Positions 20,553 to 31,765 of a stretch of 64,000 bases of DNA are shown here, in pieces (within the stretch, counting starts at the first letter, position 1; each line of letters starts with the position of its first letter). A program made the translations under genes and the position numbers. The stretch comes from Promethearchaeota archaeon (lineage in GTDB: Archaea; Asgardarchaeota; Lokiarchaeia; Sigyniarchaeales; SOKP01), in contig JAEOTA010000081.1 in NCBI GenBank assembly GCA_016840085.1, positions 128,001 to 192,000 of the forward strand. Reading direction: 5' to 3'. The notes under the pieces are model-generated. The model was given only the letters and a program-made list of their open reading frames with translations. It was not told the origin of the DNA and ran no database searches.

Positions 20553-21470
20553 TTAAATAATATTTAAAAACAAATCTTCTAAGGATAATTCCTGTTCTTT
20601 TATTTTCAAAATTTTATAATTTCTTAAAATCTGAATTAAATCTTTGTAATAATCTCTATTTTTAATACGAACAATAAAGCCATTATTAATCTCAATAACT
20701 TCTTTTATAAAATTGTTTTTATTTAATTCTGATTTTAATTGGTTCTTAATTTCACTGATTTCTATTACAATTTTAATCTCTTGTTGTATTAATTTTGAAA
20801 TATCTTCCTTTGTCCCTATTTTGAGAATCTTACCTTTATCAATAAAAGCAATTCTGTCACATAATTGTTCTACAAGACTCATATCATGACTTGTCAGAAA
20901 TGTTGTTTTCTTAGATTCCTTTATTTTTTTTACTATATAAAATTTTGATTTAACATCTAAACCTAAAGTTGGCTCATCTAAAAATAAAATTTTACGATCC
21001 AATAATAGAGTTCGACATAAAGCAAGCTTCATTTTCATGCCACTTGAGAAATTCTCAACATATTGATTCAACCATTTTTCAAGTTCAAATTCTTTTATAA
21101 TTTCATTTATTTTCTTTTGATAATTTGGAATATTATAAATTTTACAAAAAAATTTTAAGTTATCATAGGCAGTAATTCTATAGTATAACATCTTGTCCTC
21201 TAACATTAATGCCACTTTAGATTTTGCTTTTTTAGGTTTTTTAAGAATATTGTATCCATCAATAAGAGCGTATCCACTTGTAGGTTGTTTTATTGTAGTT
21301 AAAATTTGAATTAATGTTGTTTTCCCTGCACCATTCGGACCTAATAGTCCAAATATCTCTCCCTCTTTTATTGATAAATTAACATCATTTAACGCAACAA
21401 TTTCTCTTTTACGTTGCTTTAACTTATAGATTTTAGATAAATCGAAAGTCTCAATGATATTTTTGTCCAT
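20553..21470 (-). CDS. ABC transporter ATP-binding protein (DrrA-like)
   Basis: Walker A GPNGAGKTT, signature FSSGMK, Walker B LFLDEPT, TSH. Confidence 0.93.
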   Translation of the reverse strand: MDKNIIETFDLSKIYKLKQRKREIVALNDVNLSIKEGEIFGLLGPNGAGKTTLIQILTTIKQPTSGYALIDGYNILKKPKKAKSKVALMLEDKMLYYRITAYDNLKFFCKIYNIPNYQKKINEIIKEFELEKWLNQYVENFSSGMKMKLALCRTLLLDRKILFLDEPTLGLDVKSKFYIVKKIKESKKTTFLTSHDMSLVEQLCDRIAFIDKGKILKIGTKEDISKLIQQEIKIVIEISEIKNQLKSELNKNNFIKEVIEINNGFIVRIKNRDYYKDLIQILRNYKILKIKEQELSLEDLFLNII

Positions 21471-21474
21471 TTTT

Positions 21475-22296
21475 TTAGTAACCTACAATTCCATATTTTT
21501 TATATATGATATTAAATATGTAAACACCAATAACAGGAAGCATAATGCTTGTTAAAAGTAAAATTATAAAAGAAACTGGATGCAGGGTTATAGTTAATAG
21601 GAAATTATCTTCAATCCATGTTTTCCTTAAAAAATCGAAAATATGAAACAATGGATTCAAATTTATTAAAGCCTGCAATAAATTTGGAAAAATCTCAAAT
21701 GGATATGTAATACAACTGAGCCAAAAAATCCAATTTATACAAAAAAGCAAAAATCGCCATATACTTTCTTTTGAGATAGCAAAAATTCCTAGAATAAGTC
21801 CAATTCCACTGAAAGTAAATTCAATAAGAAAGAATATAAAAATTATACTAAGAATGGTAAAAATAGATATGGGGTAAATAATGTAACAAATAATAAAAAA
21901 GATAGTAAAGGGAATCGATATAACAATTAAATGTGATACAAAAATTCCTAATAATAAATTAAATCGATTAAAAGGAGCAATTATTAAAGCTGGAAGCGTT
22001 TGCCAAAATTTTTCTTGCCGTAATCCTGCAGGAAATTTTATAACTATATTTTTTAAAAGAATGATTTGATATGCTATAAATAGAAATATGACATAATTTT
22101 CATTTGTCCAAGGACCAAATTGTTGATTCAATTGAAATAATCTACCCATTACGATTAGAGGAAATATTATAGAAATAATGGGAGAAATAAAAGAAATAAC
22201 CAAACCAAATTTATATCTTAATTCTAATTTTGTGTTTTTTTCTGTTATAGCGGCAATTTGGGATAAATTTCTTTTAATAAATCTATAATAATCCAT
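21475..22296 (-). CDS. ABC-2 type transporter permease
   Basis: About 6 hydrophobic segments, YP..P...LNPL motif, directly upstream of the ATPase. Confidence 0.85.
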   Translation of the reverse strand: MDYYRFIKRNLSQIAAITEKNTKLELRYKFGLVISFISPIISIIFPLIVMGRLFQLNQQFGPWTNENYVIFLFIAYQIILLKNIVIKFPAGLRQEKFWQTLPALIIAPFNRFNLLLGIFVSHLIVISIPFTIFFIICYIIYPISIFTILSIIFIFFLIEFTFSGIGLILGIFAISKESIWRFLLFCINWIFWLSCITYPFEIFPNLLQALINLNPLFHIFDFLRKTWIEDNFLLTITLHPVSFIILLLTSIMLPVIGVYIFNIIYKKYGIVGY

Positions 22297-22563
22297 TTTT
22301 AACTAATCCTTATTGATATTGAAAATAATTTTAATTATCACAGCTTCTTAATTCACTAGGTACTAACAAAAATTAGAATCTTTATATCTTTTAGTAATTT
22401 TAATTTGATATTTAATAAAAAAATTCTTATTTCAACTGTAATTAATGATTTAAATTTCTACAAAAAAGAAATATCCTATTGAAATTTACATATTTATTAA
22501 CAAAAAAAATTTTTATTAATGATAGATTGAAAGAAGTTGGAGAAAAAAAATTAATCAATTATA

Positions 22564-23727
22564 ATGAGATATATGGATAAACTAATAAATAATAATAAAA
22601 TTAAAATTTGTATTTTTTCTTTCCTTGGTTATCCTCTTTATAATAAAAATAAGAAAAGTAAGATTACCTTTGGAGGTTCTGAAGTCCAGTTATATTTGCT
22701 TTCAAAAGAACTAAGTAAAGAAAAAAATTTTATCATTGATGTAATTGTTGCGGATCAAAATCTCAGAGAAAGAGTTGAAAAGTATCAAAATTTAAAGATT
22801 CATGTTGCTCTCCCTATTGAAAGATCAATAAAAAATTATATAAAAGCTGTATTTCACTTTTATAAAACTTTAATTAGAATTAATCCTGATATAATTATCC
22901 AGAGATCTGCTGGAGTAGTAACAGGTCTTTTAGCTTTATATAGTAAATTATTAAAAAAAAAATTTCTCTTTTCTATTGCTAATCTTCCGAATGTCAATGG
23001 AAAAAGTGAAAGTGGTTTTCTTGGTAAATTCTTTAAGTTTGGAATTGATAATGCAACTCATATTATTGCTCAGAGTAAAGAGCAAATCTTAGAATTGGAA
23101 AAATATAAAAAAAGAAAATTCAATAATATTACTGTTATTAAAAGCGGTTTTGAGATAACAAATGAGCAAATAAGAAATAAAAAATATATATTATGGGTAG
23201 CAAGAGCAATAGATTGGAAAAGACCAGAACTTTTTTTGAAGCTTGCTGAAAAATTTTCCAATGAAAAATTTCTAATGATTTGCAATAAAGTAGATAACAA
23301 AATTGATAGTATTAAATATTGGAAAAGAATACACAATATAGCATCTAAGATTTCTAATATAAATTTCTTAAAATTTGTTCCTTTTGAAGAGATAAATCAA
23401 TATTTTGAGCAAGCGAAAATTTTAATTAATACTTCCTCATATGAAGGTTTTCCGAGTACATTCATTCAAGCCTTAATCAGTAAAACCCCCATACTCAGTT
23501 TAAATGTAGATCCTGATAATTTTTTGACAAATAATAAATGTGGCTTTAATTGTTTTAATAGCTTTAACGAATTAGTAAATAAAACTAAGGTTTTATTAAA
23601 AAATAAGGAAATCTATAAAAGCTATTCTCATAATGCTTATAAATACGCTAAAAACAATCATGATATCAAAATAATTATTAAAAAGTGGAATATATTAATT
23701 TATTCTCTATTTAAAGGAATAATTTAA
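22564..23727 (+). CDS. Glycosyltransferase family 4
   Basis: FGGSE, WVARAIDWKRP, NTSSYEGFPSTFIQA. Confidence 0.9.
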   Translation: MRYMDKLINNNKIKICIFSFLGYPLYNKNKKSKITFGGSEVQLYLLSKELSKEKNFIIDVIVADQNLRERVEKYQNLKIHVALPIERSIKNYIKAVFHFYKTLIRINPDIIIQRSAGVVTGLLALYSKLLKKKFLFSIANLPNVNGKSESGFLGKFFKFGIDNATHIIAQSKEQILELEKYKKRKFNNITVIKSGFEITNEQIRNKKYILWVARAIDWKRPELFLKLAEKFSNEKFLMICNKVDNKIDSIKYWKRIHNIASKISNINFLKFVPFEEINQYFEQAKILINTSSYEGFPSTFIQALISKTPILSLNVDPDNFLTNNKCGFNCFNSFNELVNKTKVLLKNKEIYKSYSHNAYKYAKNNHDIKIIIKKWNILIYSLFKGII

Positions 23728-23798
23728 AATAAAAGTCAAAAATACTTAAACTCAAGAATGCTAAACGTATTAAATGAAGGATTAATATCATGCAAATC

Positions 23799-23813
23799 AA
23801 AAAAATATTTAAA
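23799..23813 (+). promoter_or_regulatory. Putative BRE/TATA promoter, duplicated upstream of the paralogue at 26291-26305
   Basis: AAAAAAATATTTAAA about 50 nt before ATG 23863. GAAAAAATATTTAAG followed by a similar CATGAC-containing leader precedes the second copy. Confidence 0.45.
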
Positions 23814-23862
23814 TTTATCATCATGACTTAATATAAAAACTTTTTCTTTAATATCATTAACT

Positions 23863-26073
23863 ATGTTAATCGTAGACCATTATTTTATCATTACTTTTTT
23901 ACTTTTCATATCTTATTTTATTATGATCTCAATATTTGGTCTTGCTGTTCTCTCAATTTTCAAAAAGAAGCTGTATAAAAATAAAATTACTTTGTCATTA
24001 ACTCTACAATATTTTTCTATAGGGTTATGTCTACATATCATCTATTCGATGATTATTGTATCATTTCAAATATTTAACTTCTTCACGATTTACTTGCCTT
24101 TCATAATAGCAGATATTTGGTTCTTGATTTATTACTTAAAAAAATATAATATCGATATAAAATTTAAAATCCACTCTCTTAATAGGAATAAAACAATAGA
24201 CTTTTTTAAAAAGTATAAAACAGAGATTCTAATTTTAATTGTAATATTTTTTATGCTGTATACTTTACAAATGTATTTTATCTGGCAACGTTTAGCATTT
24301 CCAAGCAGTGATCCTTTCTTTTGGTTTAAAACTATATGGTTTGTTCATGAGAATGGAGCTATTAATTATGAATATATAGAAGGCTATACCCCTGGTTATG
24401 TATTATTTGTAGCATCCATGATCTCTGTTACTGATAATTATTTTATAGTATATTATTTTTGTAAATACATCCCTATTTTTTTATCAGTTGTCAATATTCT
24501 CGTATTATTTGAGATTTCAAAAAAACTTTTTAAAAAAAGAATATATGTCTTTTTCACACTCTCAATTTATCTAAGTATGAGTTATTTATTTTATCGATAT
24601 CAAATGCTTTTACCTTCTACATTGGCTACCACATTAGGATTCTTATTCTTATTATTCCTAAGAAAAGGGGCAATTTCGAATTTAATTTCAAAAGATCTAA
24701 AATTGCGAACACCCTCCTTAAAAAATATTAATAAACATGACAAGGTTTATAGAGGGTTAATCCTTTCAGGAATTTTTATGGCACATCCTTTATATGGGGC
24801 TTTTTATTTACTTTTTTACTTTTTATATGAAATATATATATTTATATCTACCATAAAATTGAAAAGAAACATTTTGGTATCAAGAACTTCGTTTACAATA
24901 AAATTTTTTGCTAATATTGTTTCATTGCTTTTAATTTTTGCGGGCTTACTACTTCCTTGGCTTATAGGTGCATCAATTTACCTAGATTACCCTTTATATA
25001 GTCCATTTTTACATTATTTTGCTACTCTTTATTTATATAATCCTTTAACTGGAATTGTGAAGATTGGGAAATTTTTTTATGATATAGCAATAGAAATATT
25101 ATATAAATCTGTTTATTATGATATAGACAGATATATTCTTTACGATTTTTTTGATTTATTTCGTATTTCAAGAATAAACTATTTCTATGTATATACTTTA
25201 GATATTGGAATTATAATAATTATAATAGGAATATTACTGCCATTTAATAGATTTTTTAACTTTAGTGAAAAACAAAAAAATATAGTTAGATTTATTAAAT
25301 TTACTTTTATTTTAAGTGTCTTTCTTTTCATTTTTAGACAAATTATTGATTTAGATGCATTACCATTTTTTACAGGATTGGATAGTTTTTTAAGTAGGTT
25401 TCTTAGACGTTTAATTGAATTATTTTCAGGTTATTGGGCAGTTATATTTGTATTATCTTTTTATTACTTTTTTTTCCTAATAAAAAATATCTTTTTTGAG
25501 TTTAAAGCTGTTCTGAATTATTCTAAGAACAAAATTATGAAAAAACCTTTCTTTATCAATAAATTAAATAGATCTTTATTAAAATTCAAATCTATTATAA
25601 AGAGTTCTAACAAGAAATATCAAAAAAAAATTTTAAGCGTTCCAATTATAGTTATAATAAGCCTAGTAAGCTATTTTTTTTATACTACTAATTATGGGAG
25701 GATTTATTATTATAATCATTTTTTAAATAGTCAAACCGACGCAGTTATATTTGCTGGAAATTATTTTAATGAAAACCCATTAGAAGAAGAAACTTTAATA
25801 CTTGTACAAAAAATAGAAGGTAGATTTCTTTATGATTTAATTGTTTTTAATAATTTAAAAATAATTTATTACAAATTTTATTTTGGATTAAATTTTTCTG
25901 AATTTAGAAATTACTACGAATCTCAAAATGTTACTTATATCTTATTTAATGGATATTTTACCTTTGTACAATATGCGAATAAAAATTATTTTTACAGAAA
26001 TCTAACACTATATTTTAATATTCTTTACCGAAATAGCAAAGAATGGGTATTTGCAAAGTTAAAAATAGAATAA
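23863..26073 (+). CDS. Multi-pass membrane protein, GT-C-like (paralogue 1)
   Basis: More than 12 hydrophobic segments, loop motifs SSDPFFW and YTPGY, soluble C-terminal domain. Confidence 0.6.
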   Translation: MLIVDHYFIITFLLFISYFIMISIFGLAVLSIFKKKLYKNKITLSLTLQYFSIGLCLHIIYSMIIVSFQIFNFFTIYLPFIIADIWFLIYYLKKYNIDIKFKIHSLNRNKTIDFFKKYKTEILILIVIFFMLYTLQMYFIWQRLAFPSSDPFFWFKTIWFVHENGAINYEYIEGYTPGYVLFVASMISVTDNYFIVYYFCKYIPIFLSVVNILVLFEISKKLFKKRIYVFFTLSIYLSMSYLFYRYQMLLPSTLATTLGFLFLLFLRKGAISNLISKDLKLRTPSLKNINKHDKVYRGLILSGIFMAHPLYGAFYLLFYFLYEIYIFISTIKLKRNILVSRTSFTIKFFANIVSLLLIFAGLLLPWLIGASIYLDYPLYSPFLHYFATLYLYNPLTGIVKIGKFFYDIAIEILYKSVYYDIDRYILYDFFDLFRISRINYFYVYTLDIGIIIIIIGILLPFNRFFNFSEKQKNIVRFIKFTFILSVFLFIFRQIIDLDALPFFTGLDSFLSRFLRRLIELFSGYWAVIFVLSFYYFFFLIKNIFFEFKAVLNYSKNKIMKKPFFINKLNRSLLKFKSIIKSSNKKYQKKILSVPIIVIISLVSYFFYTTNYGRIYYYNHFLNSQTDAVIFAGNYFNENPLEEETLILVQKIEGRFLYDLIVFNNLKIIYYKFYFGLNFSEFRNYYESQNVTYILFNGYFTFVQYANKNYFYRNLTLYFNILYRNSKEWVFAKLKIE

Positions 26074-26919
26074 TTAATAAAATTTTATTGAAGAAAAATA
26101 TCTTTACCCTAATAAATTAAATTATAATTATTATAACTGAAAAAATACTCAAAATTGTAAAATATATTTATAAAACAATTAACTAAACTAATTTTTTATT
26201 TAAAAGGTGAAATTTATAGAATTTGAATTTAAAAAATTTTGAATATAAGGCATAATAAATTTTAAAATAAAGGTAATTACTAAAGAAATCGAAAAAATAT
26301 TTAAGTTTTTTACCATGACATAATGCAAAAACAAGTTTCTTTAAGTTAATTGTTTATGTTAATAGTAGATTTATTCTTTATAATCACTTTCTTTCTATTT
26401 ATCTCATATTTCATTATAATTTCATATTTTGGTTTTGCGATTTCATTTTTTTTTAAAAATACGTGTTATGAAAGAAGAATTACTTTATCATTAATATTGA
26501 AGCGTTTTTCTATTGGACTATGTTTCCACATTTTATATTCGATAATTATTGTATCACTTCAAATATTTAATTTCTTTACAGTTTATTTACCATTTGTTAT
26601 AATAGATATTGGATTTTTAACTTATTTCTTAAAGAAAAAGAATTTTTACTTAAAATTTCGAATACAAAATATTAGTTGGAATAAAATAATAGATTTTTTT
26701 AAAAAGTATGCAACAGATATTCTAACTTTAATTGTAATATTTTTTATGCTCTATACTTTACAAATGTATTTTATCTGGCGTCGTTTAGCATTTCCTAGCA
26801 GTGATCCTTTCTTTTGGTTTAAAAATATATGGTTTGTTCATGAGAATGGAGCTATTAATTATGAATATATAGAAGGCTATACCCCTGGTTATGTATTATT
26901 TGTAGCATCCATGATCTCT
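24333..26919 (+). repeat. Direct repeat between the tandem paralogues, including an identical 94-bp block (24333-24426 = 26826-26919)
   Basis: Direct base comparison, offset 2493. Near-identity continues over roughly 24230-24910 vs 26720-27400. Confidence 0.9.
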
Positions 26920-28557
26920 ATTACTGATAATTATTTTATAGTTTATTATTTTTGTAAATATATCCCGATTTTTCTATCAGCTGTCAATATTCTCGTATTA
27001 TTCGAGATTTCAAAAAAACTTTTTAAAAAAAGAATATATGTCTTTTTCACACTCTCAATTTATCTAAGTATGAGTTATTTATTTTATCGTTATCAAATGC
27101 TTTTACCCTCTACACTGGCTACTACATTAGGATTTTTATTCTTATTATTCCTAAGAAAAGGAGCAATTTCGAATTTAGTTTCAAAAGATCTAAAATTGAG
27201 AACACCCTCCTTAAAAAATATTAATAAACACGATAAATTATATAGAGGATTAATCCTTGCAGGAATTTTTATGGCACATCCTTTGTATGGAGTTTTTTTT
27301 TTACTTTTTTACTTTTTATATGAAATTTATATATTTATAATAACAATAAAATTGAAAAGGAAAATCTTGTTATCAAGAACTTCGTTTACAATAAAGTTTT
27401 TTGTTAACATGGGCTCTTTATTTTTAATTTTTATCATAATGTTATTTCCATGGCTCATAGGAGCATCGATTTACCTAGATTACCCATTATATAGCCCATT
27501 TCAGCATTATATTGCTCCTAGTTATTTATATAATCCTTTAAACGGCATCATAGAAATTGGAAAATTTTTTTTTAACTTAGCTAGAAACATATTATATCAA
27601 TCTATTTATTATGAAATTGATACATATATTATGAATGATTTCTTTAAAGCTATTCGTGTTAGTAATTTGAATCATTTTTATAGGCATACCATGGAAGTTG
27701 GAATAATTTTTATTGTAATAGGAATATTGCTACCATTTAATAGATTTTTTAACTTCAATGAAAAGCAAAAAAATATAATTAGATTTATTAAATTTACTTT
27801 TGTTTTAAGTGTCTTTCTTTACATTTTTCGACAAATTATTAATTTAGATGCATTACCATTTTTCACCAGAATAGATAGCTTTCTAAAAGTTTTTCTTAGA
27901 CGCTTATTTGAATTATTCGCAGGATATTGGGCAATAATTTTTGTATTATCATTTTATTATTTTATTTTTCTATTTAAGAAGATCTTTTTTAAATTTAGAG
28001 CATCTCTAAAATATTCTAAAAATAGAATTAGGAATAAAATATTCTCAATCAATATCGTTATGAGATTTTTAACTAAATTAAATTTCATTACCCAAATTCT
28101 TAAAAAATTAAATATTAAAAAAAGAGAAATCCTAAGCATCCCTATTATTATATCTGTAATAATTATAAGTGGATTTTTTTATACCACGAATTATGGGAAC
28201 ATTTACTATTATAATCATTTCCCTAATAGCCATACTGACGCCGTTATTTTTGCGGGGAATTATTTTAATGAAAATCCATTAGAAGAAGAAACTGCAATAC
28301 TTGTCAAAAAAATAGAAGGTAGATTTCTTTATGATTTAATTGTATTTGATAATTTAAAAATAATTTATTACAAATTCTATTATGGGTTAAATTATACAGA
28401 ATTCAGAAGTTTCTATGAACCGCGAAATATCTCTTATGCATTGTTTAATATAAAATATTCTTTTGAAGAATTCAAGGCAAATTTGACCATTTATTTTGAA
28501 ATTCTATATCGAAATGAACAAGATTGGATTTTTGCTAAATTAAACACCTTTAGTTAG
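26350..28557 (+). CDS. Multi-pass membrane protein, GT-C-like (paralogue 2)
   Basis: Colinear paralogue of 23863-26073. True start probably ATG 26356. Confidence 0.6.
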   Translation: MFMLIVDLFFIITFFLFISYFIIISYFGFAISFFFKNTCYERRITLSLILKRFSIGLCFHILYSIIIVSLQIFNFFTVYLPFVIIDIGFLTYFLKKKNFYLKFRIQNISWNKIIDFFKKYATDILTLIVIFFMLYTLQMYFIWRRLAFPSSDPFFWFKNIWFVHENGAINYEYIEGYTPGYVLFVASMISITDNYFIVYYFCKYIPIFLSAVNILVLFEISKKLFKKRIYVFFTLSIYLSMSYLFYRYQMLLPSTLATTLGFLFLLFLRKGAISNLVSKDLKLRTPSLKNINKHDKLYRGLILAGIFMAHPLYGVFFLLFYFLYEIYIFIITIKLKRKILLSRTSFTIKFFVNMGSLFLIFIIMLFPWLIGASIYLDYPLYSPFQHYIAPSYLYNPLNGIIEIGKFFFNLARNILYQSIYYEIDTYIMNDFFKAIRVSNLNHFYRHTMEVGIIFIVIGILLPFNRFFNFNEKQKNIIRFIKFTFVLSVFLYIFRQIINLDALPFFTRIDSFLKVFLRRLFELFAGYWAIIFVLSFYYFIFLFKKIFFKFRASLKYSKNRIRNKIFSINIVMRFLTKLNFITQILKKLNIKKREILSIPIIISVIIISGFFYTTNYGNIYYYNHFPNSHTDAVIFAGNYFNENPLEEETAILVKKIEGRFLYDLIVFDNLKIIYYKFYYGLNYTEFRSFYEPRNISYALFNIKYSFEEFKANLTIYFEILYRNEQDWIFAKLNTFS

Positions 28558-28756
28558 ACTTAAATAATTGTGGAATAAATAGTAGTAAAATATTCATTTT
28601 ATTATTATTAAATATAAATTCAATGAATCGATTATTTTAGATCATTAAAAACGCAGGATACAATTAAATTTATATTTTAAAAAGCTATTATATTATTCAA
28701 AAAAATCTTATTAAAAACATATAAAAAAAATAATAAAATCTGACAAAAGGGCAAAT

Positions 28757-29605
28757 TTGTTGAAAATCCTAAGTTCTGAAAAGAAAATTATATTAGATTC
28801 TAAAAATCACGTCACAAATCAAAAACAAGAGACAGGCTTCAAATTTCAGGAATTGTATGATTATTTAAATCAATATAGGCTCAAAGATGATCAAATTTTG
28901 TTATCTATCGTGTTACCTGCTTATAATGAAGAAAAATCAATTAAAAAAATATTAGAGAGTCTCCCTAATGATAGTTCTATTGAAATAATTGTAATTGACG
29001 ATAATTCATCAGATGGTAGTATTAAAGAAATTCAAAAAGTAAATGATCATAGAAAAATTAAACTATTGAGACATAAGAAGAATCGAGGTTATGGTGGAGC
29101 AATAATCACTGGAATCAAACATGCTAAAGGTGAAGTAATCGTAACTATGGATTCTGATGGTCAACATTCTCCTAAAGATATTATTCAATTAATAAAACCA
29201 ATTTTTGAGCATGAGGTTGATTGTACTATCGGTTCAAGATACTTAGGGGGCAATTATTATGATTTACCATCACTAACGAGACTAGGGGAAGCGATTATAG
29301 AAAAACTGCTTCATATTTTTTTTGGTCAGAAAGTAATGAACAGTCAAAACGGTTTTCGTGCTTTTAATAGAAAATTGGTTCCAATCTTTAAAGATGCAAA
29401 ATATTATGGATTTACTTATGCTACTGAGATGATAATTTTAACGTTAATTAATGGATGTAAAATAAAAGAATGCCCAATTAAAGTGTATGAACGTGCGTAT
29501 GGAGTTTCAAAAATTAGTATGAGAAAGCTGGCCTTTAATCTCCTTATTTGTTTTTTACGATACTATTTTCGAAAGCTTTTAATGCTTTTTACAAGGAAAA
29601 AATAG
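28757..29605 (+). CDS. Glycosyltransferase family 2 (Dol-P-Man synthase-like)
   Basis: VLPAYNEE, IDDNSSDG, NRGYGGA, MDSDGQH, GSRY. Confidence 0.92.
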   Translation: MLKILSSEKKIILDSKNHVTNQKQETGFKFQELYDYLNQYRLKDDQILLSIVLPAYNEEKSIKKILESLPNDSSIEIIVIDDNSSDGSIKEIQKVNDHRKIKLLRHKKNRGYGGAIITGIKHAKGEVIVTMDSDGQHSPKDIIQLIKPIFEHEVDCTIGSRYLGGNYYDLPSLTRLGEAIIEKLLHIFFGQKVMNSQNGFRAFNRKLVPIFKDAKYYGFTYATEMIILTLINGCKIKECPIKVYERAYGVSKISMRKLAFNLLICFLRYYFRKLLMLFTRKK

Positions 29606-29840
29606 AAATAAAACTTTATTTCAATATTTAAAACCATTTTTAAGAAAAACTGCTTATAATCAAACTGAATTTAATAATCAAATTAATTTTTTGAAAGAAA
29701 ATGGTTTTCAGTACTTATTAACAGATCAAACTTTCATATCTGAATACAAAAGTGGAAATTTATTCATTAATAATTTCTACAATATAACATTATATAGATG
29801 TGGTGATTTAAATTTATATTATGCACCATATTTCAATTAA
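29604..29840 (+). pseudogene. Start-less C-terminal remnant of a membrane (GT-C-like) protein
   Basis: Open frame ...NQTEFNNQINFLKENGFQYLLTD...FYNITLYRCGDLNLYYAPYFN*, resembling the soluble tails of the GT-C-like proteins in this window. Confidence 0.45.
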
Positions 29841-29841
29841 A

Positions 29842-30263
29842 TTATGGAGAACGATTGCAGATCTTAACCAAAATATTAATATATATGGATAAATCAGGTA
29901 CCGTTAGTCCAGAAATCCAGAGAAAAAGGCTATATTTTTTGTGATGGGATCATTTGCAGTGAAAAAGAAGGACCTCTTGAGCCTGATCCAAAAAAAATTG
30001 GTATTATTATTGGGGGTTATGATCCTGCAATGATAGATCTAACAATAGCAGAATTATTTAATTATGATTATAAAAAAATACCTCAATTATATAAATTATT
30101 TAATCTTAAAACTAGAAAAATTTCTACTAATAATCCTACAGATTTGAGATTATATTCAAATTATTCTAATTGGAATAAAAAAGATATTAACACCTTAAAT
30201 CATAGAATAAATTTCACGCTTAGTTCTGGATGGATACATCATATTGAAAAAAATAATAGGTAG
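29842..30263 (+). pseudogene. C-terminal remnant of a DUF362-like protein with two frameshifts
   Basis: LWRTIADLN / ILIYMDKSG..QRKRLYF / CDGIICSEKEGPLEPDPKKIG..GYDPAMID..DYKKIP across three frames. Confidence 0.7.
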
Positions 30264-30293
30264 AAAAGAAATATAAAAATATTTTTTTGAAAA

Positions 30294-30495
30294 ATGAAAT
30301 TTAAAAATTTTACCCTTTAATCATCAATATCAATTAAAATGGGCCCAATGGATTACAAGATTCAGAAAAAAAGCACTAATTTTAGATTATGGATGTGGTT
30401 TAGGAAAAGTTGTTTTAGCGGGAAGGAAAATCGGATTAAACATACTTGGAGCAGACATGTTTTTCAGATTACATTGGAACTTATTTTATGATTAA
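30294..30495 (+). pseudogene. N-terminal remnant of a class I SAM methyltransferase
   Basis: ALILDYGCGLGKVVLAGRKIGLNILGADMF. ATG 30294 is out of frame by 1 nt, and the remnant runs into the flippase. Confidence 0.75.
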
Positions 30496-31765
30496 AGTAG
30501 TATTATTAATTATCAATATTATAATTACGTTAGGATTATTAGCAATATTACAAATATGGAGCACTGTATTTATTGTGTTCAGCTTACTTTTACTCTTTTC
30601 TAAAATTTTCTTTTGTATAGGAAATATATTTATAGTTAACCTAAGGATAAAGCTTAAAATTTTCAAGGCTGAAATGCCTAATTTTTTCGTTATAACTGGG
30701 AATAGTCTTTCAATAATTTATCTTGCATTCAATACATCTCATATTTCTGATCCGATATTATACCTAAGCGTTTCAAATTTCATATTTTATACATTTTTTG
30801 TAATAATAATATTTTATCTGTCGAAAAATGAGATTAAAATTAACAACCCTAAGAAAGATTTAGCTCGTAATTACATTAAAGATGCAAAACCTTTAATATT
30901 CTTTTCAATGATATCGATAATAGCAACATACTTAGGAAATCTGATTCTCTATTATTCATTTGGTAATGAGTCTCTTGGTTATTTTAGCAGTGTAAACACA
31001 TATTTAATTCCTGTTTTATTATTAATCTCAGGAAGTATTAGTTCGATATATTTAGCTCTTTTTTCACAAGATTTTGAAAAGGAAGATTTTAATTCGATAA
31101 AAACAACTTTGTACATCATTGAAAATTACTCTTCAATCTTATTCCTGTCTATTATAATAATAATTCTCCTTAATGGAGAGTTAATTATATCAATATTTTT
31201 ACCGAACTTTCTTGAAGCTGTTCCTATTCTTTATATTATGATATTCATGCCCTATCTCATCGCAATCTCTCAACCATATAGCTGGCTCCTAGTCGCAGGA
31301 AAAAAGCAAAAAATTAATGCTCGTGTGAATTCTTTTGTCTCTATCCTCATAATTTTTTTAATGCTTTACTTTATTCCACAAGAATTATTTTTCTTTCAAA
31401 CTTTAGGTTTAGGTGTAATAGGTGATGCTTTAGCTCAAACAATTCCATGGATTTTTTGGACATTTCTATGTCGTTATTATATTAACAAAACTCTTAACAT
31501 AAAATATCAAAAAACAATGATTTTACAGTTTTTTTTAGCAATTCTGACAATAATAATTACATTCTTTATCAAAATCTTTCTTAATGGCATATTTCCTGGA
31601 AATCTCATTTTACTACTAACATTATCATCAATTATAGCAATGGGTATATTTATTGGGTTTTTAATCATTTTTAAAGAACTAAAAAGAGAAGATTTATCAT
31701 TCTTCATTGAAATTTTGAAATTAAAAAGTTACACCGAATCCGTAAAAAAAGAATTTACACGTTAG
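30446..31765 (+). CDS. Oligosaccharide flippase (Wzx/MATE-like), probably N-terminally truncated
   Basis: About 12 hydrophobic segments and LGYFS / LLVAGKKQK motifs. Its TTG start lies inside the methyltransferase remnant. Confidence 0.7.
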   Translation: MEQTCFSDYIGTYFMIKVVLLIINIIITLGLLAILQIWSTVFIVFSLLLLFSKIFFCIGNIFIVNLRIKLKIFKAEMPNFFVITGNSLSIIYLAFNTSHISDPILYLSVSNFIFYTFFVIIIFYLSKNEIKINNPKKDLARNYIKDAKPLIFFSMISIIATYLGNLILYYSFGNESLGYFSSVNTYLIPVLLLISGSISSIYLALFSQDFEKEDFNSIKTTLYIIENYSSILFLSIIIIILLNGELIISIFLPNFLEAVPILYIMIFMPYLIAISQPYSWLLVAGKKQKINARVNSFVSILIIFLMLYFIPQELFFFQTLGLGVIGDALAQTIPWIFWTFLCRYYINKTLNIKYQKTMILQFFLAILTIIITFFIKIFLNGIFPGNLILLLTLSSIIAMGIFIGFLIIFKELKREDLSFFIEILKLKSYTESVKKEFTR

